DNA of 64,000 nucleotides from Selaginella moellendorffii (taxonomy: Eukaryota > Plantae > Lycopodiophyta). The notes under the pieces are model-generated. The model was given only the letters and a program-made list of their open reading frames with translations, was not told where the DNA came from and ran no database searches. Positions within the stretch are counted from its first letter, which is position 1. Each line of letters opens with the position of its first letter. The position numbers and the translations under genes are program-made. Location: contig NW_003314308.1 in assembly GCF_000143415.4 (NCBI RefSeq), positions 372,001 to 436,000 of the forward strand, given 5' to 3'. This document shows, in pieces, positions 37,258-48,410 of the stretch.

Positions 37258-39428
37258 ATGGCGGATGAGGCAAAAGCGCGCGGCAATGCCGCTTTCTCGG
37301 CAGGGAATTTCGAAGAGGCGATCAAGCATTTCTCGGACGCGGTTGCTCTAGCTGGGACGAACCATGTCCTCTACTCCAATCGCTCCGCATGCTACGCATC
37401 GCTCCACAAGTACCAGGAGGCTCTCGAGGATGCAAAGAAGACTGTGGAGCTCAAGCCGGATTGGCCGAAAGGTTACAGCAGGCTTGGCGCTGCCTATGTC
37501 GGCCTCAAGAAATTCCCCGATGCGGTCTCGGCCTACAAGAAGGGACTCGAGTATGATCCTAGCAACGAGGCTCTCAAGTCGGGCTTGGCGGACGCACAGG
37601 AATCCATGTCAGGGGGAGGGCAGCCATCGCCTTTCGGGAATTTGTTCCAGGGTCCAGATGTGTGGGCGAAGCTCCAGCAGGATCCCAGGACCAAAGGGTT
37701 TCTCGCGCAGCCGGATTTCTTGAAGATGATGCAAGACCTCCAGAGAAATCCCAACGCGCTCAACCTTTACATGAACGATCCTAGGATGATGCAAGTTCTA
37801 GGAGTTCTACTTGGTGTGAACATCCACACGCCTTCCAAGGAGGAAATGGAGAAGGGTGTTTTTGAGGAGGAACAGGAAGCATCGTCTCAGCCATCCGAGA
37901 CTAGTAGGCGTGAGACAAGCAAGCCTGCTGCTCCTGCTCCAGAGCCGGTCCCGGAACCGATGGAGATACCGGATGAAGATAGAGAGAAAAAGGAAAAGAA
38001 AGCGGCGGCTATAAAAGCGAAGGAGGCCGGGAACGAGGCGTATAAGAAGAAGGATTTTGAGGCGGCATTGGCGAATTACTCCAAGGCAATCGAGCTTGAC
38101 GACGAGGATATCTCCTACCTCACAAACAGAGCAGCGGTCTACCTTGAAATGGGAAAGGTACTGTTTCTTATTTGTTATTACCACCTTCTGTGGTTGTTTC
38201 TCACTTTCGATGGTTTCTTACGGCAAACAGTACGAAGAATGCATCAAAGATTGCGATCAGGCAGTCGAGCGTGGAAGGGAATTGCATTCAGACTACAAGA
38301 TGGTAGCAAAGGCGCTGACGCGGAAGGGATCGGCTTATGTCAAGCTGGCTAAGTGTGCCAAGGACTACGAGCCTGCTATCGAGATCTTCAACAAGGCTTT
38401 GACAGAACACCGTAATCCGGACACTTTGAAAAAACTCAATGATGCAGAGAAAGTCAAGAAGGAACTTGAGCAAAAGGAGTACTTTGATCCCAAGATTGCC
38501 GACGAGGAGAGAGAAAAAGGTACCTTAAGTCATGAATTGTGCTTGACTTCGTTCTTTTCTTCCTTTTAACTGTTAGGCAACGATTATTTCAAGGAGCAAA
38601 AGTATCCCGAGGCAGTGAAGCATTACTCGGAGGCTCTTAGGAGGAATCCGAATGATGTGAAGGTATCACGCGTGATTTTGTGTGTGATAGCCACTGAGCT
38701 TGCCCTCTCTTTGCATGCAGGCTTACAGCAACAGAGCAGCAAGCTACACGAAACTCGGTGCCTTCCCCGAAGGGTTGAAGGATGCTAACAAGTGCTTGGA
38801 GATCGATCCTTCTTTTATCAAGGGATACTCGCGCAAGGGGGCAATCCAATTCTTCATGAAGGAGTATGACAAAGCATTGGAAACTTACCAGGTAAAACTT
38901 GAAGGTAGAATGAAAAGACCTCACTTTTAACGTGTGTTCTCGTTTCCTCGATAGACCGGGTTGAAGTACGATGAACACAACCAGGAAATGATGGATGGGA
39001 TCCAAAGGTAATTCACCGAAACTTTTCTTTTAATGACAAAGACTCTCCCTTTTTCCCCAGATGCGTCGAGCAGATCAACAAGACGAACAGAGGAGACATT
39101 AGCGCCGAAGAGCTCAAAGAACGCCAGGTTAGCTTTTCTTGTAGTGAGTGCTTCGAGTGTGTTCTTATTTCTCTTTCCACCGTTCAGGCCAAGGCTATGC
39201 AAGACCCCGAGATCCAGGGCATTCTCTCGGATCCAGTAATGCGACAGGTATGAGATCGATTTTTCTCGATTCTTCGTCTCAACTTGAAATGGATTTTCTG
39301 GTTTGGTGTTGTAGGTATTGATCGATTTCCAGGAGAGTCCAAAGTCAGCTCAAGACCACATGAAGAACCCTATGATCATGGCAAAGATCCAGAAGCTTGT
39401 GGCCGCTGGCATTGTCCAAGTGAGATAG
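37258..39428 (+). CDS. HOP: Hsp70-Hsp90 organising protein (HOP/STI1)
   Basis: MADEAKARGNAAFSAG (TPR1), DP1, TPR2A/2B and DP2 (AMQDPEIQGILSDPVMRQ..KIQKLVAAGIVQ). Confidence 0.96.
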
Positions 39429-40233
39429 TTGACTGGGCCTCTAGTGGTAGGAATTTTGCTGATTCGCTTCCTATTATGTCATTGATAATGGTCATGTGAT
39501 GATGCGTCCGCCACCTTTTATAGTTAGGTATGCTCTCTTCTACCAACAACATGTCCAAATACATGGGAGGTGGAAGTCATAAGATCTGTACGGAGTAAGT
39601 TTAAAATTCTCGGGCGGGCGGAAGATTTCGCTGGCGCCGTACGCTTTGTCACTATTGAGTCTCAAGTTCAAATCTTCTTAGCGTCTAGAATGTCCAATAA
39701 TTGATACATTGGCGATTATTTTGACTCGGACATGGATAAGTTTTGATCAAATATCTTTACAATGCGTTGTGGTTGTAGGGTTTGCCGGCGGCTGTTTGAA
39801 TTGTCCGGCCAGCCAATTTTTGTATGTGTGGCCCAAGGCTGACCGATGTTTCTGCCGGTAGATGTATGTAGACAATGTCGATGATGGGCCATGCTAAGTA
39901 CGGCACGATTGTAAACTGTCCAAGAGTGACGTCAGCCCTAGTACGGGTGTGCTCGGTACGACCGCCAAGGGAGAAGATTATCTTTTCTCCCTTATCCCTT
40001 GCCTCGTTCCATTGCGGGCGCATTTAGGGTTTCCATCTTTCCGGCTTCTTTTACTCGCCTTTCTTTATCTTTTATGGTTGCCCTCCCTCTGGAGATAATG
40101 CGCGAGGAACAGGGACGAAGAACACTGCTACCACTGGCGCGGAGGATTTCGCCTAGAATCTGGTGATGGATTGTTGAAATTATGGATTCCTGACGCTCGC
40201 TAGGGCCGGGAAGGAGCCAGCAGCGATCGGTCG

Positions 40234-42219
40234 ATGGCAACGAGCGTCAAGAACGAGCTCCTGGCGGCGTCCCCCCCTCCATTCCACTGGCCGGCGTCGA
40301 TCTTCTCACCTCCTCCTCCTCAATCGCAGCATTCTCTGGCCATGCGCGAAGATTGTGGCAGCGGCGTGTGGGATCACTGCTCCGCGGCGGCTGGATCGGG
40401 CGCTCTCTCGCCGCTGAGCGAGTATCTCATGCAGCCGGACGAGGAAATCTTGTCCATGTCCTCGCTCGATGCCGCTAGCAGCAGCTTCCAGTCGGGATTG
40501 ACGACGGACGAGGAGGAGGAGCAAGGGTTCTTTGCCGGATTATCGGCGAATTCTTGCTCCTCGGCCTCCAACACGTCCCCCTCCTCGGCCTCTCACCACT
40601 ACCAGCAATTCGACCCCAACAGCCCGCCCGGCAACGTCCTCCTCCACTCGGTGGTGCGCTCCAAAATCCACGAGATCAACAGCAGGCTCTTCGACGACGA
40701 GGACGACGGCATCGATCAGCTCATCACGACCGACGGCGTCGTCATCGATTCCTCGCCCTCGCTGGAGCAGCAGCACGGCTACCAGCCCGTGGCGATGCCG
40801 CCGCCAGCGCCGATTCTCCCATTCCGCTCACACCAGGACTCGTTTGGGACGATACGATCGTTCGATTTCCAGCAGCCCATCCAGCCGGCCTTCGCGAGCT
40901 GGACGCACGGTACGTGGCACGTCCACCCCACGGTGCCGCCGCCGCTGCCGCCGGCGGTACGCGGGCCGGCGTGGCAGCACCGCGGAGGTATACCGCACGG
41001 TACGGTGCCTGTGCCGCCGGCGCCGGCAAGCACCGTGGCGGTGCCGGGCGGTATACCGCACGACGGCTCCCAGGACCCACAGGTGCTACTCGTCCAGCTG
41101 CTAGTGATGTGCGCCCACGCGGTGGCGGAGGACAACGAGAGCATCGCCCAGATGATATTGGCGCGTCTCAGGCAGCACACTGGGCCGGAGGGGACGCCCA
41201 TGGAGAGGCTGGCGTCCTACTTCACCGAGGCGCTTGCCGCGCGGATCGATCACTCCACGGGCTCTGCCCTCTTCAAGGGCCTGCTCAGCGACAAGCTGCT
41301 CGAGTCGGATGGATCCACGCAGGCCAGCATGCTCGAGGCGTTCAGCACCTTCTACGACTACCTCCCCATCGGCAAATTCGACCACCTCACCATGAACCAG
41401 GTAATCCTCGACGCCGTGGAGCGCGAGCGCGCCATCCACATCCTCGACCTCCAGCTCTGGTTTGGCACCCAATGGCCGGCGCTGCTGCAAGCTCTCGCAA
41501 CTCGCCCCGGAGGACCACCTAGAGTGAGGATCACGGCAGTGGGCTCTTCCGCGGACGACCTAGCAGCCACTGGCGACAAGCTCCACGAGTGTGCCAAGAC
41601 GCTGCGCGTCCATCTCGTGTACAAGGCCTTGCTACTGCCCAAGGCGGACAAGTTCCATGCCGGGCTCGTCAACCTCCATCCCGGCGAGGCCTTCATCGTC
41701 AACAGCCTCAGCCAGTTCCACTACCTCCTGCAGCCCTCCACTTCCGACTCGGACACCTCCTTCGGCGGATTCATGGCTCACATCCGAGCTCTCCGGCCCA
41801 AGGTGCTCGTCATGGCGGAGAACGACGCCAGCCACAACAGCTCCGACTTTCTCAAGCGATTCGGGGAGTGTCTCAAGTACTACTCGGCGGTGTTCGACGC
41901 CATGGCGACGTGCGCGAGCTCGCCCAGCGGGAGGTTGAAGATGGAGAGGCTCTTTGCGGCGCCAAAGATCCGGAACATCATCGCGTGCGAGGGGCCTAAC
42001 CGGGTGGAGCGTCACGAGAGCATGGCGGACTGGAGCAAGCGGCTGGAGGTGGCGGGGTTTCGGCCATCGCCGCTCAGCCAGAGGGCCGTCAACCAGGCCA
42101 AGCTGCTACTCCGCCTCTACTACACGAATGGCTACACGCTCCACAGCGAGAGAGGCTCGCTGGTTCTCGGGTGGAGGAATTTGCCGCTCAACACGGTATC
42201 GGCCTGGAGAGTCGCGTGA
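40234..42219 (+). CDS. GRAS transcription factor, intronless
   Basis: LVQLLVMCAHAV, MERLASYFTEAL, IHILD, QWPALLQALATRPGGPP, RVERHE and LVLGW..VSAW. Confidence 0.95.
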   Translation: MATSVKNELLAASPPPFHWPASIFSPPPPQSQHSLAMREDCGSGVWDHCSAAAGSGALSPLSEYLMQPDEEILSMSSLDAASSSFQSGLTTDEEEEQGFFAGLSANSCSSASNTSPSSASHHYQQFDPNSPPGNVLLHSVVRSKIHEINSRLFDDEDDGIDQLITTDGVVIDSSPSLEQQHGYQPVAMPPPAPILPFRSHQDSFGTIRSFDFQQPIQPAFASWTHGTWHVHPTVPPPLPPAVRGPAWQHRGGIPHGTVPVPPAPASTVAVPGGIPHDGSQDPQVLLVQLLVMCAHAVAEDNESIAQMILARLRQHTGPEGTPMERLASYFTEALAARIDHSTGSALFKGLLSDKLLESDGSTQASMLEAFSTFYDYLPIGKFDHLTMNQVILDAVERERAIHILDLQLWFGTQWPALLQALATRPGGPPRVRITAVGSSADDLAATGDKLHECAKTLRVHLVYKALLLPKADKFHAGLVNLHPGEAFIVNSLSQFHYLLQPSTSDSDTSFGGFMAHIRALRPKVLVMAENDASHNSSDFLKRFGECLKYYSAVFDAMATCASSPSGRLKMERLFAAPKIRNIIACEGPNRVERHESMADWSKRLEVAGFRPSPLSQRAVNQAKLLLRLYYTNGYTLHSERGSLVLGWRNLPLNTVSAWRVA

Positions 42220-43248
42220 TCTCTTGAAAGTTGGATCGATCGATCGATGGGACAATGGAAAGTTTTCTCTCTTTTTACTTTCGTTTTTTTATCATATCAC
42301 TTCGGTCTTCGATTCAACAAAGCGAGTTGGCTCTCTGCAAGCTTGGAACGATCGATCTATCGATCGGATTTTTATTCGAGTAGAGACTGAAAGAAATTGT
42401 GGTTTGTAGCTTTTTTCCCAATTGAGCTCCCCTGTGCATAGGATTTGGCAAGGAATCCAATAAGGTTCGCTCTAGATACCCCTCGAGTCAATCAATCAGC
42501 CAAGAAAAAAATGGCATCTTCTGGGAATCTCCGGTCCCTCTAGTGTCGACACGAAATGGATAAGGCTGGGTTTCTTTTTTTCTTCTTCTTGTGGTGCTGC
42601 ACTGTGGCGATTTTTTGGATGGAAGCACACAACGCGACCCTTCGCGGAGAAAAAATTAGTTATTTTTATCGCAAAGCCTTTGTTGGATTGCTACGTGCAC
42701 CACTTTGAGGGCAAGAAATTCTCGTGTGTTTGGGAAAGGTGGTGGCGCACAAAGGATCTTCGCAAGAGCATATCGCATTACATTCTCTACCAGTGGGTTG
42801 AGTCGAGATTTCGAATAATCTTGCAATGAAAGTGGCTGGATCCAACTCGATCCATCCATAGATCGATCCAACAAAAAATCGAAAGGGCACAGACAGGAGA
42901 GCGGATTGTTTACGTGAAGTTTGTTCGATAGCTACCTCTCGCTCTGTCCTTGCAGTATTTTTTTCCTCCTTCTCCAAGCTCCAAAACAATCTTTCTCTCT
43001 GCATTTGGTGGCACAGCTGGTCCACACAGATATATGTTCACAAAACTCATTTCCATTCACTCTGGTCAGCCACAGCGTCGCTTTCGATCGATCGCATTCA
43101 CGCCATAGCCAAGAACACAAGACACCTTACCAGCTCGAGCCAATTTGAAGCTCCCAGACAAGCGCCATAGAATAAAGAAGATAATGATAGGCCGAGAACC
43201 CTAATTGAATACCATCCGTTGGATGGTCCTATATCCAACGGCTAACAT

Positions 43249-45654
43249 TTGATTAAGCCGAATATTCTCGCTCTGGCAAGACATGGCCTTGGCCTCGTCG
43301 CCGATTTCGCCAACGCGATCAAGAGCTGCAAGGATCTCCACAAATGCCGGCTTCTCCACAGCAAGATCCTCTCCGGCCCCTGCAATCACGACCGATACCT
43401 CTCCAATCTCCTCATCGACACGTATGGCAAGCTGGCCAGTATCGAGAGCGCTCGCGCCGTCTTCCACGCGATGGGCGATCCCAATCACTTCTCCTGGAAC
43501 ATCTTGCTGGGCGCATTCGCCCAGAATGCCCACATCGACGACGCGAAGACCACTTTCGATCGCATGCCGCAGTGGGATCTCGTCTCGTGGAACGCGCTAA
43601 TCTCCGCATTTGCCCATCACGGGCATTCGGAGGAGGCCAAGGCGATGTTCCTGGCGATGGAGAATCGTGACGTCGTGTCCTGGAGCTCCGTGATCAAAGC
43701 CTACGCGCAGTCCGGACTCGTCGATAAGGCCTCGCAAGTCATGGATCGCATTCCCAAATGGGACGTCCAATCCATCACCGGCATGGTCGCAGCATTTGCC
43801 CAGAACGGGCACCTTGACGCTGCGAGCGCGATGTTCGATCGAATGGAAGAACGCAACGTCGTCGTGTGGACGGCGCTCATCACCGGCCTCTCGCTGAGTT
43901 ACCAGATCGAAGAGGCGGAGACAATCTTTAGATTGATCCCCGGGAGGGACGTGATCGCGTGGAACGCGATGATCACGGCGTATAGCCAAAATGGCGACCC
44001 CCACACGGCCAAGCTCCTCTTCGACGTAATGCCGGAGCGCAACGTGGTGACGTGGACGACCCTGATTGTCGTGCTGGCAGACCACGGTGACCTGTGCGAC
44101 GGACGCGGTACCTACCTGCGGATGCCGCACGTCAACGTAGTAGCGTCCAATGCGATGATCCAGGCCAACGCCCACCACGGTGAGCACGACGCGGCAAAAG
44201 GAATCTTTGACGGGATGCGAGAGTGGGACCTTGTCTCCTGGAACTGTCTTCTCACGCTCTACACGGAGGCAGGGAACCTCGCTGACGTGGAGGGCGTCTT
44301 CCACGCCATGCCCGACCGGGATGACGTGTCGCGCAACGCGATGCTTGCGGCGTATGTCCGCTGGGGCCACCTGGACAGCGCCACGTGCCTGTTTGACGCG
44401 ATGCCACGTCGCGGGATCGTGTGCTGGAACACCATGGTCACCGCGCACGCCAATGCGGGCGTCACCGCGCGGGCGAAGTGGCTTTACGACACCATGCCGC
44501 AGTGGAATATCCTTTCGGTCACGGCGATGCTCACCGCGTACTCTAACCGCGCGTTTGTAGAAGATGCCGAGGATCTCTTCATGCGGCTGCCGCAGCGCAC
44601 CGCGGTAGCGTGCAACATTATGATCGTGATGTACAGCGAACAGGAGGATCTAGAATCAGCGGTCGGCATATTTTCTAAGATGCCACAGCACGATCTTATC
44701 TCGTGGAACGCGCTTGTTTCAGCATATGCCGCAAATGGGCATCCGCTGCAAGCGAGAGTTTCTCTCGATTCCATGCCCAAGAGAGACGTGGTATCGTGGA
44801 CGACGGTGGTGGCTGGATATACCCAAACTGGTGATATCGACAAGGCCATCTCCGCCATGAATCGGATGCCAATGTGGGATCTCGTGACCTGGAACGTGAT
44901 GATCTCGGCGTACGCAGGGATTGGAAACTGTGTCATAGCAAAGAAAATGTTTGATGACAAGCAGCAACGGAATCTCATCTCATGGAATGGACTGATCGCG
45001 GCCTACGCCCAAACCGGAAACTTGGCACTCGCGGTCGCCAGCTTCCACAAGATGCCCGAATGGGACTCCATCTCTTGGATCGGGCTCATCGTGGCCTACG
45101 CGCAATGCGGCCACGTATCCGACGCCTGTGCGATGTTCGAGGATATCCCTTCCCGCGGGACGCTGGCGTTCTCCGCGATCCTGGGGGCATATGCCCACAC
45201 TGGGTATCACAGCGAGGCCGGGGAGGTCTTCCGGGCAATGCAGCTCGAGGGCGTACGTCCAACCAAGGTTTCGTACATGGCGCTTCTCACAGGTTTCAGC
45301 TATGGCGGGATGCTGGACGAGTGCCGAGAGGCCTTCGTGGGGATGCTGTCGTCGGGGATCTCTCCGGCGATCCAGCACTTTCGCAGCGTTGTCGACGTTA
45401 TCGGGCGAGCAAAGGACCCGGGGGATGCGGAAGAACTGATCAGAACGATGCCGTATGTGGCGGACTCGGTGGTGTGGACGTCGCTGCTCGGGGCGTGTCG
45501 CATGCACGGGGATCTGGAGAGAGCGGCGCTGGCGGCAAGAAAGGTGACGGAGCTCGAGCCCGACATCTCGGTTCCGTATGTGCTGCTGGCCGAGATGATC
45601 AAGAGCGAGAGTGGCAGCGACAGTGACGAGCTCGCGAAAGGTATAGATTCGTGA
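43249..45654 (+). CDS. PLS-class PPR protein with a long S-motif array and an E domain
   Basis: About 20 tandem 31-aa motifs and E tail VVWTSLLGACRMHG..PYVLLAEM. First in-frame ATG at 43471. Confidence 0.9.
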   Translation: MIKPNILALARHGLGLVADFANAIKSCKDLHKCRLLHSKILSGPCNHDRYLSNLLIDTYGKLASIESARAVFHAMGDPNHFSWNILLGAFAQNAHIDDAKTTFDRMPQWDLVSWNALISAFAHHGHSEEAKAMFLAMENRDVVSWSSVIKAYAQSGLVDKASQVMDRIPKWDVQSITGMVAAFAQNGHLDAASAMFDRMEERNVVVWTALITGLSLSYQIEEAETIFRLIPGRDVIAWNAMITAYSQNGDPHTAKLLFDVMPERNVVTWTTLIVVLADHGDLCDGRGTYLRMPHVNVVASNAMIQANAHHGEHDAAKGIFDGMREWDLVSWNCLLTLYTEAGNLADVEGVFHAMPDRDDVSRNAMLAAYVRWGHLDSATCLFDAMPRRGIVCWNTMVTAHANAGVTARAKWLYDTMPQWNILSVTAMLTAYSNRAFVEDAEDLFMRLPQRTAVACNIMIVMYSEQEDLESAVGIFSKMPQHDLISWNALVSAYAANGHPLQARVSLDSMPKRDVVSWTTVVAGYTQTGDIDKAISAMNRMPMWDLVTWNVMISAYAGIGNCVIAKKMFDDKQQRNLISWNGLIAAYAQTGNLALAVASFHKMPEWDSISWIGLIVAYAQCGHVSDACAMFEDIPSRGTLAFSAILGAYAHTGYHSEAGEVFRAMQLEGVRPTKVSYMALLTGFSYGGMLDECREAFVGMLSSGISPAIQHFRSVVDVIGRAKDPGDAEELIRTMPYVADSVVWTSLLGACRMHGDLERAALAARKVTELEPDISVPYVLLAEMIKSESGSDSDELAKGIDS

Positions 45655-45855
45655 ACTCGCTTTCGTGCTTTCTTCCTTGTGTCCAAATGGTGGACTCCCA
45701 AGCTTGGAGCTTCGGTAAAGACAAAAGAGATCCCGAGACAAACCACGTCAAGTCAAGGGTGGGCGATTTTAGGAAATCGAGACGGACAGTGATCGCAATC
45801 TATCTTGGCCAGCAATGGCAATAGCAAACGACAGTGATATCTAGCTTGGCCAGAA

Positions 45856-47634
45856 ATGGCAATAGCACGAAGATCTCCACTGCTGCTAGCTTTGCTCTTG
45901 GCGATTTCCAGCTCCTCGCTTCTTCACGGCCATCACATCTCTAGCTGCCGTTGCCTCCACGGCGATCCAAATTGCTGGCCCCAGGATCGCGACTGGAAGA
46001 TCTTCAATGCCTCAATCCAAGGCCGGCTCATCGCGGTCAAGCCCCCGGCATGGCCTTGCCACGATCCCCAGTACGACCATCATCTCTGCGAGCTCGCCAC
46101 CGAGAATTGGAGCGATCCCACCTGGAGATCCGACCAGCCGGGAGCGATGATGGCCGATAACTGGGAGATGGACGACGCCCGCAACGAGAGCTGCTCCATC
46201 CGCGACCCGAGGAGCTCGCGTTGCGAGCAAGGGTCAGTGCCGGTCTACGCGGTCAATGTTAGTCACGTCTTCCAGGTGGAGCTTGCGGTGGCTTTCGCTA
46301 GCAAGCACAACCTTCTCCTTGTGGTAAAGAACACTGGTCACGACTACCTTGGAAGAAGCACTGCGAGGGGATCGCTCAGCATTTGGATGCATCACTTGCG
46401 GGAGCTGCGCTTTCACGGTGATCTTGGCTGTGATCAAGCAGAGCATTGCGACGATCTAGGGCTAGATCCAGCGGCGTATGTGACGATTGGAGCTGGAGTG
46501 ACTTGGAACCAGCTCTACGAGGCCGCGCTGGAGCACAGGCGCGATATTGTGGGAGCTTCGTGCCCGTGGGTTGGAGCTGCCGGTGGATTCGCACAAGGTG
46601 GCGGGCACAGCTTGCTCTCTCCAGTCTTTGGCCTCGCGGCGGACAATGTTGTGGAGCTCCAAGTTGTGACGGCTGATGGGAAGCGAAAGGTGGCGAGCGA
46701 GTGCCAAAACGAGGATCTCTTCTGGGCGCTCAGAGGTGGCGGCGGAGGTACGTTTGGAGTCGTGGTTTCACTCACTTACAGAACGTATCCGGCTCTCGAG
46801 AACGCAATCTTTGCGAGCGTGAATGTGACTGCCAAAGATCGCCCCAGTTTTGAGACGCTTCTCGAGGAGTTTGCACGGATGAATCCGGAGCTTTCATCTG
46901 ATGGCTGGTCTGGTTTCTTCAATGTCGGCAACTTTTCACTCTCCTTGAGATACGTGCTTCCAAACAAGACCTTGGCATTCGCTCGCTCCAGCTTGAATTT
47001 TCTCCTCGGCTTCCAGCACAACCGGATTCAAACCCACTATTCTCTCAAATCCTACGCATCCTTCTACGAGCTCATTCAGCAAGCACTGTGCGGAAGCGAT
47101 CCAAGCTGTCCCAACGTTGGCGGGCTGGCAGGGAATCCAGTTCTTCCAGCTTCACGTCTTATCCCAACTCAAGCTCTAAACTCTTTCCCAACCAAAGTCT
47201 CTAGAGCACTCGCGAAGATAGCTCTCGACTTCCAAGTTCCAATCGTGGGTGCCTTCGTCGCTGGTGGCCAAGTCTCTGTGCCTCGGGACAGCGCCGTGAA
47301 TCCCGCCTGGAGAGATTCGCTGTGGCTCGTCATTGTTTCGGTGAGCGCCCCAAGATCACAGAGAAAAGAGGCAGCGACGCTGGTCTCGAGGGCCAACAAG
47401 GTGTTGATCGATATCACACCCGGATCTGGGAGCTACATGAACGAGGCCGACTACAACGAGCCACACTTCCACAGATCGTTCTTTGGAAGTCATTACAAGC
47501 GGCTCTACGAGATCAAGCAGCGCGTGGATCCGGGAGGGCTCTTTGTGTGCCATCACTGCGTAGGGAGCGAGGACTGGACCCAGGATCTTAGATGCAAAAC
47601 CCAGTCAAACAAGTCAATCAACAAGATTGACTAA
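45856..47634 (+). CDS. Secreted FAD-linked oxidoreductase (BBE/VAO fold), fungal-type signature, intronless
   Basis: Signal peptide; CRCLHGDPNCWP; VVKNTGHDYLGRSTARGSLSIWMHHL; GASCPWVGAAGG; [19 protein letters not shown]; SYMNEADYNEP..YKRLYEIKQRVDP..CVGSEDW. Confidence 0.92.
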   Translation: MAIARRSPLLLALLLAISSSSLLHGHHISSCRCLHGDPNCWPQDRDWKIFNASIQGRLIAVKPPAWPCHDPQYDHHLCELATENWSDPTWRSDQPGAMMADNWEMDDARNESCSIRDPRSSRCEQGSVPVYAVNVSHVFQVELAVAFASKHNLLLVVKNTGHDYLGRSTARGSLSIWMHHLRELRFHGDLGCDQAEHCDDLGLDPAAYVTIGAGVTWNQLYEAALEHRRDIVGASCPWVGAAGGFAQGGGHSLLSPVFGLAADNVVELQVVTADGKRKVASECQNEDLFWALRGGGGGTFGVVVSLTYRTYPALENAIFASVNVTAKDRPSFETLLEEFARMNPELSSDGWSGFFNVGNFSLSLRYVLPNKTLAFARSSLNFLLGFQHNRIQTHYSLKSYASFYELIQQALCGSDPSCPNVGGLAGNPVLPASRLIPTQALNSFPTKVSRALAKIALDFQVPIVGAFVAGGQVSVPRDSAVNPAWRDSLWLVIVSVSAPRSQRKEAATLVSRANKVLIDITPGSGSYMNEADYNEPHFHRSFFGSHYKRLYEIKQRVDPGGLFVCHHCVGSEDWTQDLRCKTQSNKSINKID

Positions 47635-47666
47635 AAGTGACATAATCCAACTAAGTAATATCAAAT

Positions 47667-47737
47667 GCGCAGCTGGTGTAGTGGTATCATAGTACCCTCC
47701 CACGGTACTGACCGGGGTTCGATTCCCCGGCTGCGCA
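47667..47737 (+). tRNA. tRNA-Gly (CCC)
   Basis: Acceptor stem GCGCAGC/GCTGCGC, anticodon arm GTACC-CTCCCAC-GGTAC, T arm with GGTTCGATTCC, upstream CAA and downstream TTTT terminator. Confidence 0.97.
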
Positions 47738-47833
47738 ATTTTAAATAAATACGTGGCTTTTGCCACGTGGACAATTTTTTTTTCTTTTGACATGTCACGT
47801 GTTTTACTTCCAGAGAATGTAGGGTTCTTGAGG

Positions 47834-48292
47834 ATGAGGGCGCTGCTTTCCCTGGTGCGCCCAGCCTGTGGTTTTGTTTCTCGAGCGATCTCTCCCTCTC
47901 GATCGCGCTATGCCACTCATCAGATCTTCACTGCATCGGCCAGAAACCAGCCATGGGGATTCCGTGGATTCACATCGTCGAGGATTCTGGGCACGGTGTA
48001 CGAGGACGTGAGGAGGGAGCTACGGTGGAAGAAGCGCAAGAAGCTCATCAGATTGGGGCTCAAGAAGAGGAAGAGGAAGAAGAAGCGCAGGGGGAAGGGG
48101 ATCTGGGCGGAGCCTTGCAAGGCGGAGCAAGAGCGGCAGAAGGATCACTCGCGCTGCATCATCGCGCCCTACGCCGACGCGCAGATGTGGCCCAGGATGA
48201 GCTGCGAGCGCGACCGCCGGCACGTCCTCAAGGCCTTGAACACTACGCTCGTCCACTTCGGCCAGATCAATAGCACCATGAGAAGGGAGTAG
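47834..48292 (+). CDS. Small basic protein with a mitochondrial-presequence-like N-terminus, unknown function
   Basis: MRALLSLVRPACGFVSRAISPSRSRY.. is R/S-rich with no acidic residues, followed by a K/R tract. GC-rich codons. Upstream G-box/ABRE pair and telo-like tagggtt. Confidence 0.55.
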   Translation: MRALLSLVRPACGFVSRAISPSRSRYATHQIFTASARNQPWGFRGFTSSRILGTVYEDVRRELRWKKRKKLIRLGLKKRKRKKKRRGKGIWAEPCKAEQERQKDHSRCIIAPYADAQMWPRMSCERDRRHVLKALNTTLVHFGQINSTMRRE

Positions 48293-48410
48293 TCGATTGG
48301 TAGAGCTAGAGATGGAATGCCAGAGCTTAGATATCGCGGGAGTGGATTCCATGCTGGAGGGGCATTTTCTCTCCCTGGCAGCATTTGCCCAGAATGGGCA
48401 TTTGGAGGCA

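Noticed and set aside
39490-39600. GTGATGA C-box-like motif after HOP
   Set aside because: No matching D box with a terminal stem and no rRNA guide.
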